From the NCBI GenBank assembly GCA_041649715.1, contig JBAZMP010000002.1:4964-68963 (forward strand): DNA of 64,000 nt. The letters run 5' to 3'. The notes under the pieces are model-generated. The model was given only the letters and a program-made list of their open reading frames with translations, made no database searches and was not told the origin of the DNA. A program made the translations under genes and the position numbers. Source of the stretch: Patescibacteria group bacterium. Its GTDB lineage: Bacteria > Patescibacteriota > Patescibacteriia > JAXHNJ01. Positions 7,972 through 17,434 of the stretch are shown here, one piece after another (within the stretch, counting starts at the first letter, position 1; each line of letters starts with the position of its first letter).

Positions 7972-9342
7972 ATGACTAAAGAAGAGCTATGGCAAGCAAC
8001 CCTTGGCGAGTTGGAACTTTTTATAAGCAAGGCTAATTTTACCACCTGGTTTAAAAATACTTTTATTTCCGCCCTTGAGGACGATAAGGTGGTCATCGGC
8101 GTGCCGAACGCCTTCACTAAAACCTGGCTGGAAAATAAATATCACCAGCCGATATTAAAAGCCCTTCAGAATATCACTAACCATCAGGTCAAGCAGGTGA
8201 CTTATCAAGTGGAAACACGGAAAGTAGTCGCCCGTGAAGCAGCCGTCCAAAACGGAGAAATCAAGGAAAACCACAAAGTTAAGGATCTGAACACAAAAGA
8301 AAGAGAATATTTAGAAAAATTCCACCTAAATCCCCGCTACACCTTTGCCAGTTTTATCGTGGGCAAGGGCAATGAACTGGCCCAGGCCGCCTGCACCGCC
8401 GTGGCGGAAAAGCCCGGATTAGTCTATAATCCGCTTTTTTTGTATGGCGGCGTCGGCCTCGGCAAAACCCATCTTATGCAGGCTATCGGCAATCTTATTA
8501 TCGAGAAACACCCGGAAAAAAAGGTGATCTACGTCACCTGCGAGAAATTCACCAATGAATTCATTCAATCGGTGTCAAAAGGCAACGCCGAAGACTTTAA
8601 AAACACTTACCGCAGCGCCGACGTGCTCCTTATCGACGATATTCAGTTTTTAGCCAGCAAGGAAAGAACTCAAGAGGAGTTTTTTCACACTTTTAACACC
8701 CTGCATCAGTCCAATAAGCAAATTGTGGTCACCTCCGACCGGCCGCCGAAATCTATACCCGCCCTAGAACAGCGCCTCGTCTCCCGCTTTGAGTGGGGGA
8801 TGATCGCTGATATCGGCCAGCCGGACCTAGAGACAAGAATCGCCATCTTATCCCAAAAATGCAAGGAAAAAAACTATAAACTCAGCCCGGAAATCCTTAA
8901 TTACGTCGCCTCCAACGTCCAAAGCAACGTCCGCGAGCTTGAGGGAGCCTTAAACCGCATTATGGCCTGGCAGGATCTCAGTAAAAACGAACCAACCCTA
9001 GATTCTGTAAAAAAACTTCTCACCTCCGTCAAACCGCTGCCGCAAAGAGGCGGCTTAACCACCAAACAAATCATCAACACGGTGAGTAGCTTCTTTGACA
9101 CCAAGCTTGAAGATTTGTTGGGCAACAGCCGGAAAAAAGAGTTGGTCCTGCCGAGACAAGTGGCTATGTATCTGATGCGGGAAGAGCTTAAGGCTTCCTT
9201 TCCGAATATCGGCCAAGAATTAGGTGCTCGCGACCACACCACCGCTATGCATGCCTGCTCGAAAATCGCCAAGGAAGTGGAAAATGACGGCAAATTAAAA
9301 CAAGACATTGTCTTGATCCGCCAGCGCCTGTACAATCAATAA
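7972..9342 (+). CDS. dnaA: Chromosomal replication initiator DnaA.
   Basis: AAA+ Walker A GGVGLGKTHL, a C-terminal DNA-binding helix-turn-helix, and a plausible N-terminus MTKEELWQATLGELE. The track ORF starts at 7807, but ATG 7972 fits DnaA length. Confidence 0.9.
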   Translation: MTKEELWQATLGELELFISKANFTTWFKNTFISALEDDKVVIGVPNAFTKTWLENKYHQPILKALQNITNHQVKQVTYQVETRKVVAREAAVQNGEIKENHKVKDLNTKEREYLEKFHLNPRYTFASFIVGKGNELAQAACTAVAEKPGLVYNPLFLYGGVGLGKTHLMQAIGNLIIEKHPEKKVIYVTCEKFTNEFIQSVSKGNAEDFKNTYRSADVLLIDDIQFLASKERTQEEFFHTFNTLHQSNKQIVVTSDRPPKSIPALEQRLVSRFEWGMIADIGQPDLETRIAILSQKCKEKNYKLSPEILNYVASNVQSNVRELEGALNRIMAWQDLSKNEPTLDSVKKLLTSVKPLPQRGGLTTKQIINTVSSFFDTKLEDLLGNSRKKELVLPRQVAMYLMREELKASFPNIGQELGARDHTTAMHACSKIAKEVENDGKLKQDIVLIRQRLYNQ

Positions 9343-9619
9343 ATTATTTGGGGATTAACTCCTGATAATTCTTTAACAACTTGTTTATAAAATTTGCGGA
9401 TGGAATAATTTAATCATCAAAGACTTTTTTAAAAAAATCTTTCCCCAGACTTAAACCAAGTTTAACCACATCTTATCCTGTACTTTTAAACGCCCGTTTA
9501 AACCACAAAATAAAACTACAAGTTGGTTACTCCACTTACCCCCATTTTTTCCGTTTTATTATTACTATGATTATATATATAAACTATATCTAATTAATAA
9601 TATAAATTAAATCATACTT
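9343..9619. promoter_or_regulatory. Very AT-rich dnaA-dnaN spacer: candidate oriC DNA-unwinding element with DnaA-box-like sites.
   Basis: TTAACCACA at 9462-9470 and TTATCCTGT at 9473-9481. Long A/T tracts at 9560-9619. Confidence 0.45.
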
Positions 9620-10720
9620 ATGAAACTTTCATTCACTCAAGAAAATTTAAATCGAGGTCTAGAAATAACAAGTCATATTGCCAGCCGAAATCAAACTCTG
9701 CCGATTTTAAACAATGTTTTAATCACCACCGACAACGGCGTGATAAAATTAACCACCACTAATCTGGAAATAGGCATAAATTGTCAGATCCGCGGCAAGG
9801 TTGAAGAAGAGGGAAAAATAACCGTTCAAGCCAAACTTCTAGCGGATTACGTAAATTCCTTATCACATGACCGGGTGGATTTTATTACCGAAAAGGAAAG
9901 TTTAAAGATCACCAGCGGTAAGGCCCAAACAGTGATTAAGGGATCATCGTCTGAAGAGTTCCCCTTGATTCCAAAAGTGGAAAAAAAACGCAGTTACCAG
10001 GTAAATGTGAAGGACTTTAAAAACGCCGTCATGCAGGTTATTTTTGCCTCGGCGGCCGACGAATCCAGGCCTGAGATTAGCGGAATATTTATTAAACCGG
10101 AAAGCAATAGCTTGACCTTGGCGGCGACCGACAGCTACCGCCTAGCGGAAAGAAAGATCAAATTAGAAAAAGCGTCAAAAGAGGGCGAAGGAGTGATTGT
10201 CCCCGCCCGGACGCTGCAGGAGTTGATCAGAATATTAAACGACGAAGTTGAAATATTGAACTTTTATCTGAATGAAAATCAGATTCTTTTTGAGTTCGAA
10301 GGCATTGAAATGGTTTCGCGGCTGATTGAGGGGCAGTACCCGGACTACCAGCAGATCATCCCCAAGGAGCATCGGACGCGCGTGGTTTTAAACACCCGGG
10401 AATTTATTAAAATAATTAAAACTACCAGCCTATTCTGCAAGCCGGGTATCAATGATATTAATCTGGAATTCTTAGCCGAGGGAAAAGCGGTTGTTTCCGC
10501 TTCGAACACGCAAATCGGGGAAAACATTTCCGAAGTGGAAGCCAAGGTGGAGGGGGATAAAAATTCCATCGTTTTTAACTATCGCTACCTTCTAGACGGT
10601 TTATCGAGCTTAAACACCGAGGAATTTATCTTAGAGCTGACTGACGAGGCTAACCCGGGTTTGATCAAGCCGGTCGGTCAAACCGATCATCTTTATATTA
10701 TTATGCCTATTCGGCAATAA
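9620..10720 (+). CDS. dnaN: DNA polymerase III beta sliding clamp.
   Basis: 366 aa with three clamp-domain repeats, immediately after dnaA. Confidence 0.9.
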   Translation: MKLSFTQENLNRGLEITSHIASRNQTLPILNNVLITTDNGVIKLTTTNLEIGINCQIRGKVEEEGKITVQAKLLADYVNSLSHDRVDFITEKESLKITSGKAQTVIKGSSSEEFPLIPKVEKKRSYQVNVKDFKNAVMQVIFASAADESRPEISGIFIKPESNSLTLAATDSYRLAERKIKLEKASKEGEGVIVPARTLQELIRILNDEVEILNFYLNENQILFEFEGIEMVSRLIEGQYPDYQQIIPKEHRTRVVLNTREFIKIIKTTSLFCKPGINDINLEFLAEGKAVVSASNTQIGENISEVEAKVEGDKNSIVFNYRYLLDGLSSLNTEEFILELTDEANPGLIKPVGQTDHLYIIMPIRQ

Positions 10721-10722
10721 AT

Positions 10723-11016
10723 ATGTTGCAGCCGATCGGTTCATTGCTTTCCGGGTCGATCAGAAAAAGCGGAATTGAGGCCCAGGTGCAGGCCAGCCAG
10801 GTCATTGAAGATTTTCACCAGGAGTTAATCCGGCTTTTTGGCCAGAAAATATTAAAAAATGTCCAAGCCAAATCATTGGAGCACAAGGTTTTATCCGTCG
10901 CGGTGCTAAGCTCGGTGGTGGTCAATGAAATAAGGCTATATCAGCCGCAAATAATAGAAAATATTAATAACAAATATAAAAAAACCCTAGTTGAGAAACT
11001 AAGATTCTTGATTTAA
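10723..11016 (+). CDS. DUF721-like small protein, commonly found after dnaN/recF.
   Basis: Pattern IGSLL…GIE…FG.KI…EIRLY…KLRF matches DUF721 family members. Confidence 0.45.
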   Translation: MLQPIGSLLSGSIRKSGIEAQVQASQVIEDFHQELIRLFGQKILKNVQAKSLEHKVLSVAVLSSVVVNEIRLYQPQIIENINNKYKKTLVEKLRFLI

Positions 11017-11029
11017 ATGGTTTATAAAT

Positions 11030-13882
11030 TTATTTAACAGTAACCGTAAGGTAATCTGTTTGTGTTTTATCACCTTTTTTATTCTCTAGGATTAGAAAAA
11101 GCCTGTAAACACCGGCCGGCGCTAAAGGCCAGGTCGCGCTGATACTACCGGATGCGGGACTAGAAAGCGAAGAGATATTCGTGGTCAGGCCATTCTTGTC
11201 TTGATAAGCAAAAGTGATTTTTTTTATTCCCTTTGGATCCGAAGCATACCCCTTGATGGTAAAGGGAAAAGAGGAGGCGGCAATTTCCGCGCCCTGACTG
11301 GGGGAGGTAAAATATAAGCTCGTGTCTGAGCTGGTAGGCAGAAAATTAATAGTGATGCTTGTTCGATTTACGTTGCCGACCGCGTCGGTCACCACCGCGT
11401 CCAGGTCATGATAGCCTTTAGCCAGCAAGGAAGCGCTGTAGGAAAAGGAAAATGGGCTGTGCGTGTTTTCGCTGGCCAGAATATCGTCGATATAATAACT
11501 AACCTTAGTGATGTCTTGAGGGCCGGAAACCTGAACGGTGAATTTAAACACGGACTGGCTGATTGTTTCGCTGTCTTTGGGGGCGGTAAAGGAAATTTGA
11601 GGCAGGTTTGCCTCGCTTCTTAGGTCGCAAGACTCTAAGGCAGGCGCCGTTTCAATGTAGCCGTGATCTCGCGCCCATTTTTGAACGGGCGTCTCCCAGT
11701 TGGCGTATTGGGGATCGCTGGCCGGGTTATCCGGCAGGGGGCCGCGCGGGTCATCCCTTTTTACGTAATAAAGTATGTTGTGGACGGCCTTCACGGTTTT
11801 CTCGGTGATAAATTCCGCGGGCCAATCAGCCAGACAGGTGGCCGGTATTTGTTTGCCGGTGATTGAGTCGACTTTGATCGGAAGATCCCCTGTAAGCTGT
11901 CCCTTAAGAATAGGTTTATCGGTTTGAATTTCCCTGAAGTCCTTGAAGTACTCGACCGGTTTTCCTTCTAAAGCTCTTCTCATAAAGCCATTCCAGATCG
12001 GCGCCGCCACGACCGAACCGTCTGCTCCGCGGCTCATTTCCGAGTTGTCATTATTGCCCACCCAGACGCCGGTCGCGATCTGTGGCGTATAACCCAAAGT
12101 CCAGGCGTCGCGGTAATCATCAGTGGTGCCCGTCTTGGCCCCCACCGGCCGGCCGCCTAGAGTAAGATAATTGCTGGCCCCAAAAATATAGGCGCGTGAA
12201 TCATTGTCGGAAAGAACCTTGCTCATTTGTCGGGCGATCTCCACGTCTAGGACACGGTTTGCTTTTCCTGGCTCATGCTTTTCCAGTATTTTGCCGTTAG
12301 CATCCTCAATCCTTAAAATTGAAGTATAACTCATTTTTTCCCCTTCACGGGCGAAAACGGCAAAAGCATTGGTGTGTTCCAAGAGGGTTACCTCCCCACC
12401 GCCTAAAACCAAAGAAAGGCCAAAGCGGCTGCGGTCGGCAAAAGTCGTATAGCCGAAGCTTTCGGCCAGATTTAAAACATTATCAAGACCGGCGAGATAC
12501 AGGGTTTTAACCGCCGGTATGTTAAGCGATCCTTGAAGAGCTTTGCGCATTGTGACCGGCCCATGTTCGGTCTGGTCATAATTTTTTGGGATATAATCCC
12601 TGGAGTCGGTTTTAAAAACAGTGGTCAGGTCAAAGAGGATCGTCTCGGGGGTGTAGCCGATTTTAAAGGCCGTGGCATAGACGACAGGCTTAAAGGAGGA
12701 GCCGGGCTGACGGGGTCTTAAGGTGACGTTTACATTGCCGTCGATATCTTTATTGAAATAATCTCGCGAGCCGACCATCGCCAAAATCTCACCGGTTTTA
12801 ACGTCGAGGGAGACCAGGGCGGCGTTAGAGGCGCCATATTTTTCAAATTTCGCCGTTCCTTTTTCAATTTCTTCCTCGGCGATTTTTTGAAGATCGTAAT
12901 CCAGAGTGGTGATCACTTTGTAGCCGCCCTGCTCTATTTCTTTGTCTCCGTATTTTTCCGCCAGCAGATCTTTGATGTACATGACGAAATGCGGGGCCAA
13001 AATATTTTCTCGCCTAGGCTTAATATCTTTCAGGATATCGATGTTTTTCGCTTCGTCTGCCTGGGTCTGGGTGATATAGTTCTGTTGGACCATCAAGTCG
13101 ATGATCATTTTTTGCCGCGCCACTAAAGCATCCGTGTGGGTGCCATAAGGCGAATAATAGGTCGGAGCCTGAGGGATGGCGGCCAGGAGAGTGCTTTCGG
13201 CCAAGCTTAAATCTTTCGCATTTTTGCCGAAAAAACTCATTGAGGTGGCTTCAATGCCATAGAGAGTGGAACCGTAGGGAATTTCATTGAAATACATTTT
13301 CAATATTTCGTCCTTGGAAAATTTCCTTTCGATCTGGTAGGCCAGGACGATTTCCTTGAATTTTCTGGTCCAGCTTTTCTCGGTGGTCAAGATGGCGTTT
13401 TTGACGAACTGCTGGGTGATCGTGGAGGCGCCCTGCGCTTTTTTGCGCTGGAGGACGTCGATGACCAGAGCTTTAAAAATGCGCGGCAGGGAAAAACCTT
13501 TGTGTTGGTAGAAATTTTTATCCTCGACCGCAATGGTGGCGTTAATGGCCGTCGTAGCGATATCGGTTAAATTCACGGCCGTCCGGTTCTGCTCGCCGTG
13601 AATCTCATAAAGCAGAGTTTTTTCATCACGGGCAAAAATTTTCGTGCTTTGGGCGATCGAGCGCTCGATCAGCTTATTGGGGTCAGGCAGGTCGCGGGAG
13701 AACCAGGCGAAAGCGCCCAGCCCCACAATACCGCCGCCTAAAATTAAAATAGCCAGGATCGGCAGCCAGCGGCTGGTCAAGTGTTCCCACCATTCTTTCC
13801 TCTTTTTTACTTTTTTTAAATGCCAATTCTCCCGCCAGGAGCGGTCAAAACGAAAGCTGGGTTTTAACTGGGGGATCGGCAT
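11030..13882 (-). CDS. Class A penicillin-binding protein (PBP1A: transglycosylase + transpeptidase) with a C-terminal extension of about 250 aa.
   Basis: GT51 motifs (QQFVKNA…, EIVLAYQIERK…KDEILKMYFNEIPYG), transpeptidase SSFKP and KTGTT motifs, and an N-terminal membrane anchor. Confidence 0.85.
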   Translation of the reverse strand: MPIPQLKPSFRFDRSWRENWHLKKVKKRKEWWEHLTSRWLPILAILILGGGIVGLGAFAWFSRDLPDPNKLIERSIAQSTKIFARDEKTLLYEIHGEQNRTAVNLTDIATTAINATIAVEDKNFYQHKGFSLPRIFKALVIDVLQRKKAQGASTITQQFVKNAILTTEKSWTRKFKEIVLAYQIERKFSKDEILKMYFNEIPYGSTLYGIEATSMSFFGKNAKDLSLAESTLLAAIPQAPTYYSPYGTHTDALVARQKMIIDLMVQQNYITQTQADEAKNIDILKDIKPRRENILAPHFVMYIKDLLAEKYGDKEIEQGGYKVITTLDYDLQKIAEEEIEKGTAKFEKYGASNAALVSLDVKTGEILAMVGSRDYFNKDIDGNVNVTLRPRQPGSSFKPVVYATAFKIGYTPETILFDLTTVFKTDSRDYIPKNYDQTEHGPVTMRKALQGSLNIPAVKTLYLAGLDNVLNLAESFGYTTFADRSRFGLSLVLGGGEVTLLEHTNAFAVFAREGEKMSYTSILRIEDANGKILEKHEPGKANRVLDVEIARQMSKVLSDNDSRAYIFGASNYLTLGGRPVGAKTGTTDDYRDAWTLGYTPQIATGVWVGNNDNSEMSRGADGSVVAAPIWNGFMRRALEGKPVEYFKDFREIQTDKPILKGQLTGDLPIKVDSITGKQIPATCLADWPAEFITEKTVKAVHNILYYVKRDDPRGPLPDNPASDPQYANWETPVQKWARDHGYIETAPALESCDLRSEANLPQISFTAPKDSETISQSVFKFTVQVSGPQDITKVSYYIDDILASENTHSPFSFSYSASLLAKGYHDLDAVVTDAVGNVNRTSITINFLPTSSDTSLYFTSPSQGAEIAASSFPFTIKGYASDPKGIKKITFAYQDKNGLTTNISSLSSPASGSISATWPLAPAGVYRLFLILENKKGDKTQTDYLTVTVK

Positions 13883-13891
13883 ATTTATCGG

Positions 13892-14776
13892 TTAGTAGAT
13901 ATTATTGGTCAGCAAGTCGGCGCCAAGCAAAAGGGCGTTGTCTTCAAGGTCTGATTTTACAATTTTTATGGTTTTATGTCGAGCGTATATCACTTCCTGG
14001 CCGAAGTCCTTTTTGGCGAGCGCAATAATTTTTTCAAAACGTGAAACGCCGCCGCCCAAGATGAATATATCCGGGCTTAGAGTATTGGCCAAGCTGGCCA
14101 GGGCTTGGGCTAAATAGCGGGCCATAACTTCGGCGGCCGCCAAAGCATTTTTATCACCTCTTAAGGCGAGATGGTTGATTTCTTCGCCTTTGAGGGTCTG
14201 ACCGGTTATTCTCCGGTAGTACTTAGATAAGGCCGGGCCGCAGACCTGTGATTCAAAGTGCCCGTAGTGTCCGCAGCTGCACCGAAAGCCTCCCTCTCTG
14301 ATTTGAAAATGGCCCATCTCCATCAGATTTTGCCGGCCGCGGTACAGCTTTTTATCAACGACAAAGCCGCCGCCGATGCCGGTGCCGATAGTAACGCCAA
14401 TGATGTATTGATATTTTTTACCCGCCCCCAGGATGCTTTCTGAAAGAGTGAAACACAAGCCGTCGTGTTCTACGAAGACCGGTTTTTTATACCAGCTTTC
14501 CAAGATTTTTTTCAAATTCACGCCCCGGATATAAGCAGGAAAATTAGTCGCTTCCAAGACCACCCCGTTATTGACCGGACCGGCAAAAGAAAGACCGATC
14601 GCCCTGGCCTTTTGCGGCTGATAATTCGTGATAGATTTTTTGATATTGGCCAGAAGGCGTTTTAAGCCCTTCTTTTTCTCGGTGAGAATTTTATGATGGG
14701 AAATGACGCGGTTGTTTTTCACTAACCCCGTGTTTATTTTTGTCCCGCCAATGTCACAACAAATGGTATAGGCCAT
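13892..14776 (-). CDS. ROK-family sugar kinase (glucokinase-like).
   Basis: N-terminal DIGGTK ATP-binding motif and the ROK zinc motif CSCGHYGHFE. Confidence 0.75.
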   Translation of the reverse strand: MAYTICCDIGGTKINTGLVKNNRVISHHKILTEKKKGLKRLLANIKKSITNYQPQKARAIGLSFAGPVNNGVVLEATNFPAYIRGVNLKKILESWYKKPVFVEHDGLCFTLSESILGAGKKYQYIIGVTIGTGIGGGFVVDKKLYRGRQNLMEMGHFQIREGGFRCSCGHYGHFESQVCGPALSKYYRRITGQTLKGEEINHLALRGDKNALAAAEVMARYLAQALASLANTLSPDIFILGGGVSRFEKIIALAKKDFGQEVIYARHKTIKIVKSDLEDNALLLGADLLTNNIY

Positions 14777-14839
14777 ATATTATGTATTTCCTATTATACC
14801 AGAAATATAGTATAATTTCAATTGGTAAGCTTTGAATAT

Positions 14840-16027
14840 ATGACCAAAGATCCCGAAAAAATCAGCGATTTATTGGCTCGCGGCGTTTCTGAGATTATTG
14901 ATAAAAAGAATGTGGAAAAAAAGTTGGCCTCGGGCAAAAAACTGCGGGTGAAACTCGGCATTGACCCGACCGGTTATGATCTGCATATCGGTCATGCCGC
15001 CCCCCTGCTTAAGCTTAAAGCCTTTCAGGGTCTGGGCCACCAGGTCGTTTTGATTATCGGCGATTATACCGCCCGCATCGGCGATCCTTCCGGCCTGGAT
15101 AAAACCCGGCCGCAACTTACGGAAAACGAGACGGAGAAATTCGGCGAAGAATATTTCAAGCAGGCTTGCCTTATTTTGGATAAAAATAAAACCGAAGTCC
15201 GCTGGCAGAGCGAATGGTTTGAGGAATTTGACCTGCAGACAATCATTAATTTAACCAGCAAGGCGACTCTCGCCCAGATTTTGGCGCATGAAACCTTTAG
15301 TAAGCGTTTGAAAAAAGGCCTGCCTTTGTCCACGCATGAAATTCTTTATCCCTTTTTGCAGGGTTATGATTCAGTGGCCGTCAAAGCGGACATTGAGCTG
15401 GGCGCGGTGGAGCAGAAGTTTAATTTACTGATGGGCCGGACCATTCAGGCCGCTTTTAATCAGCCTTCCCAGGATATTATGACTTTAAATTATGTTATGG
15501 GGACGGACGGCCGGAAAATGGGCAAGACCTTTAATAATTACATTGCCATAAAAGACCCGGCCAATGAAATGTTCGGCAAAGTGATGTCCATTCCCGATGA
15601 TTTGATTATACCCTATTTTGAATTGGCGACCGAAGTGCCGTTAACAAAAATCAAGGAAATTAAAATCGCTCTAGCCAAAGGCGATAATCCGCGGGACCAT
15701 AAAGCCCGGTTAGCGCGGGAGATTGTCGCTTTGTATCATGGGATTAAGGGAGCCGATGAGGCGGAAAAAGAATTCAACAAAGTCTTTAAAGACAAGAATT
15801 TGCCGAGCGATATTCTGGCCTTGAAATTGAAAAAGAGCAAGCTAAAGATAGCCGATTTATTAGTAATGGCGAAATTGGTTTCAAGCAAGGCCGAGGCAAG
15901 ACGATTGATTGAACAAGGCGGTTTTTCCTTGAATAACAAAAAAATAACGGAATGGCAGAAGGAAGCCACTTTTAACCCTGGTGACATTATTAGGGCCGGC
16001 AAAAGGAAGTTTTTAAAAATAGAATAA
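14840..16027 (+). CDS. tyrS: Tyrosyl-tRNA synthetase.
   Basis: HIGH motif (DLHIGHAAP), KMSKS motif (KMGKT), LQGYD, and a C-terminal S4 domain. The track ORF begins at TTG 14822; the ATG at 14840 is preferred. Confidence 0.85.
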   Translation: MTKDPEKISDLLARGVSEIIDKKNVEKKLASGKKLRVKLGIDPTGYDLHIGHAAPLLKLKAFQGLGHQVVLIIGDYTARIGDPSGLDKTRPQLTENETEKFGEEYFKQACLILDKNKTEVRWQSEWFEEFDLQTIINLTSKATLAQILAHETFSKRLKKGLPLSTHEILYPFLQGYDSVAVKADIELGAVEQKFNLLMGRTIQAAFNQPSQDIMTLNYVMGTDGRKMGKTFNNYIAIKDPANEMFGKVMSIPDDLIIPYFELATEVPLTKIKEIKIALAKGDNPRDHKARLAREIVALYHGIKGADEAEKEFNKVFKDKNLPSDILALKLKKSKLKIADLLVMAKLVSSKAEARRLIEQGGFSLNNKKITEWQKEATFNPGDIIRAGKRKFLKIE

Positions 16028-16034
16028 AAATACC

Positions 16035-16070
16035 AAAAAACGACCTCATTTATAAGAAGTCGTTTTTTTT
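16035..16070. terminator. Bidirectional rho-independent terminator between tyrS and the convergent 16094..17053 gene.
   Basis: 10-bp stem AAAAAACGAC / GTCGTTTTTT (16035-16044 / 16059-16068). Confidence 0.6.
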
Positions 16071-16093
16071 GTATCTATTTAATGTGTCTGAAG

Positions 16094-17053
16094 CTAAAAA
16101 ATTGCGACCTGCAGATAGGAATCGGTGGCGGCGCCGGTATTGGCCACATAACACTTAACCCTTAGAGTTTTGCCTGAAATATCGCTTGCGACATCGGCGT
16201 AGCCCACGCAGTTAGTGTTGCTGGCGGAGGCAACCGGCGTGATTTGGAAGAACCTTTCGTCGTAGACATCCAGATTGCTGAAAGTAAAGCTGTAATCGCC
16301 CACTCCATTTTTTACGGACACTGCCGGATCGCCAAAACTAGACATATAGATGTTCGCCGGATCATACCAAAAAGCGGCATGGACCGTGCCGTCACCCGTA
16401 TAATCCCACTGGACAACATCGCCTGAAAAATATGCGCCATCAGCGTAGATAAAATTCGTATAGATACTGTCGTTGGCCGATAAGCCGTCGACGGTAAGGT
16501 TGGTGTCAGTGTCAAAATCATCGCCGGTTATTGAACCATTCTTGATATCCGAGGAAGTAATCGTTTCGCTGGCGATCTTGGCGCTAGTCACCGCATTGTT
16601 TGCCAGGTCAGTAGTCGCCACCGCTCCAGCGCTTATCTTTGCGCTGGTGATGGCGTTATCGGCCATATCATCCGCAGTGATGGTTTCATCCTTGATATTG
16701 GCCGAAGTGACCACGTCGCGGCTGTCAATCGAAGCAACGGTCAGGGAGCCGGCTACTTCCAGATTGTCGTTGATAATGAAAGGCATCGTGTCGCTTGTCC
16801 CTGGGGTGGCGCCCCGGTAAATCCGCCCGTCGATCCTCACGTTGTCGCCGAAGGCGACGGGATTATCAGCGCCGGAAGTGGTGGTGCTGTTGACAATCGT
16901 GCCGTTGAAAAAAGTGACGCCGCCCACCCCCTGCAATCCGACCTCGAGTGAATTAACTTGGAGCGAGTCGTTTATAACCTGGGTCGCCTGGGCTATCTGC
17001 GCCGAAACAAAAACAACCAGGGCTAAGCCCAGGAAGATCGCGAGACTTCTCAT
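16094..17053 (-). CDS. Secreted protein with tandem ~11-aa repeats (beta-helix/fibre-like).
   Basis: Signal peptide MRSLAIFLGLALVVFVSAQIAQA. Repeats of the ITADDMADNA / ITSAKISAGAV / TSAKIASETI type. Confidence 0.5.
   Translation of the reverse strand: MRSLAIFLGLALVVFVSAQIAQATQVINDSLQVNSLEVGLQGVGGVTFFNGTIVNSTTTSGADNPVAFGDNVRIDGRIYRGATPGTSDTMPFIINDNLEVAGSLTVASIDSRDVVTSANIKDETITADDMADNAITSAKISAGAVATTDLANNAVTSAKIASETITSSDIKNGSITGDDFDTDTNLTVDGLSANDSIYTNFIYADGAYFSGDVVQWDYTGDGTVHAAFWYDPANIYMSSFGDPAVSVKNGVGDYSFTFSNLDVYDERFFQITPVASASNTNCVGYADVASDISGKTLRVKCYVANTGAATDSYLQVAIF
16500..16740. repeat. About seven tandem 33-nt repeats inside 16094..17053.
   Basis: Repeated units such as GATCTTGGCGCTAGTCACCGCATTGTTTGCCAG and TATCTTTGCGCTGGTGATGGCGTTATCGGCCAT. 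Confidence 0.5.
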
Positions 17054-17104
17054 ATTGTTTCCTTTCGATTAATTAATAATATAACCAATATAATAAATCT
17101 TTCA

Positions 17105-17428
17105 TTATAAAAATCGCCAGATTAAATGGCCGAATTCATAATATAAATATAATAGAGTTGTTATAACATAAATAATAATTGTACAAATTTTAATAGCTCT
17201 TGAATTATTGCGATTATGGAAAAACTTAAAGAGAAATAATATAGTAGTTAGCACTATTAAGGAAGGAATAAATAAAATTACACAGAGTAAAAAGGCGTAT
17301 GCATTACCCTCACTTGGTTCTTTATCAAAAAACATAGCAAATAAAGCCATTGAGGCGGTTCCTACGACCATAATAATGCTTGGTAGGCAGGCAACAGCTA
17401 GCAGGGCATAATATGTTTTTTTGCTCAT
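17105..17428 (-). CDS. Small hypothetical membrane protein; the gene is AT-rich.
   Basis: 107 aa with three hydrophobic segments. Confidence 0.3.
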   Translation of the reverse strand: MSKKTYYALLAVACLPSIIMVVGTASMALFAMFFDKEPSEGNAYAFLLCVILFIPSLIVLTTILFLFKFFHNRNNSRAIKICTIIIYVITTLLYLYYEFGHLIWRFL

Positions 17429-17434
17429 ATGTTT

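Noticed and set aside
11408-13126. Several 60-80-aa plus-strand ORFs antisense to the PBP1A gene.
   Set aside because: Shadow ORFs within a conserved coding region.
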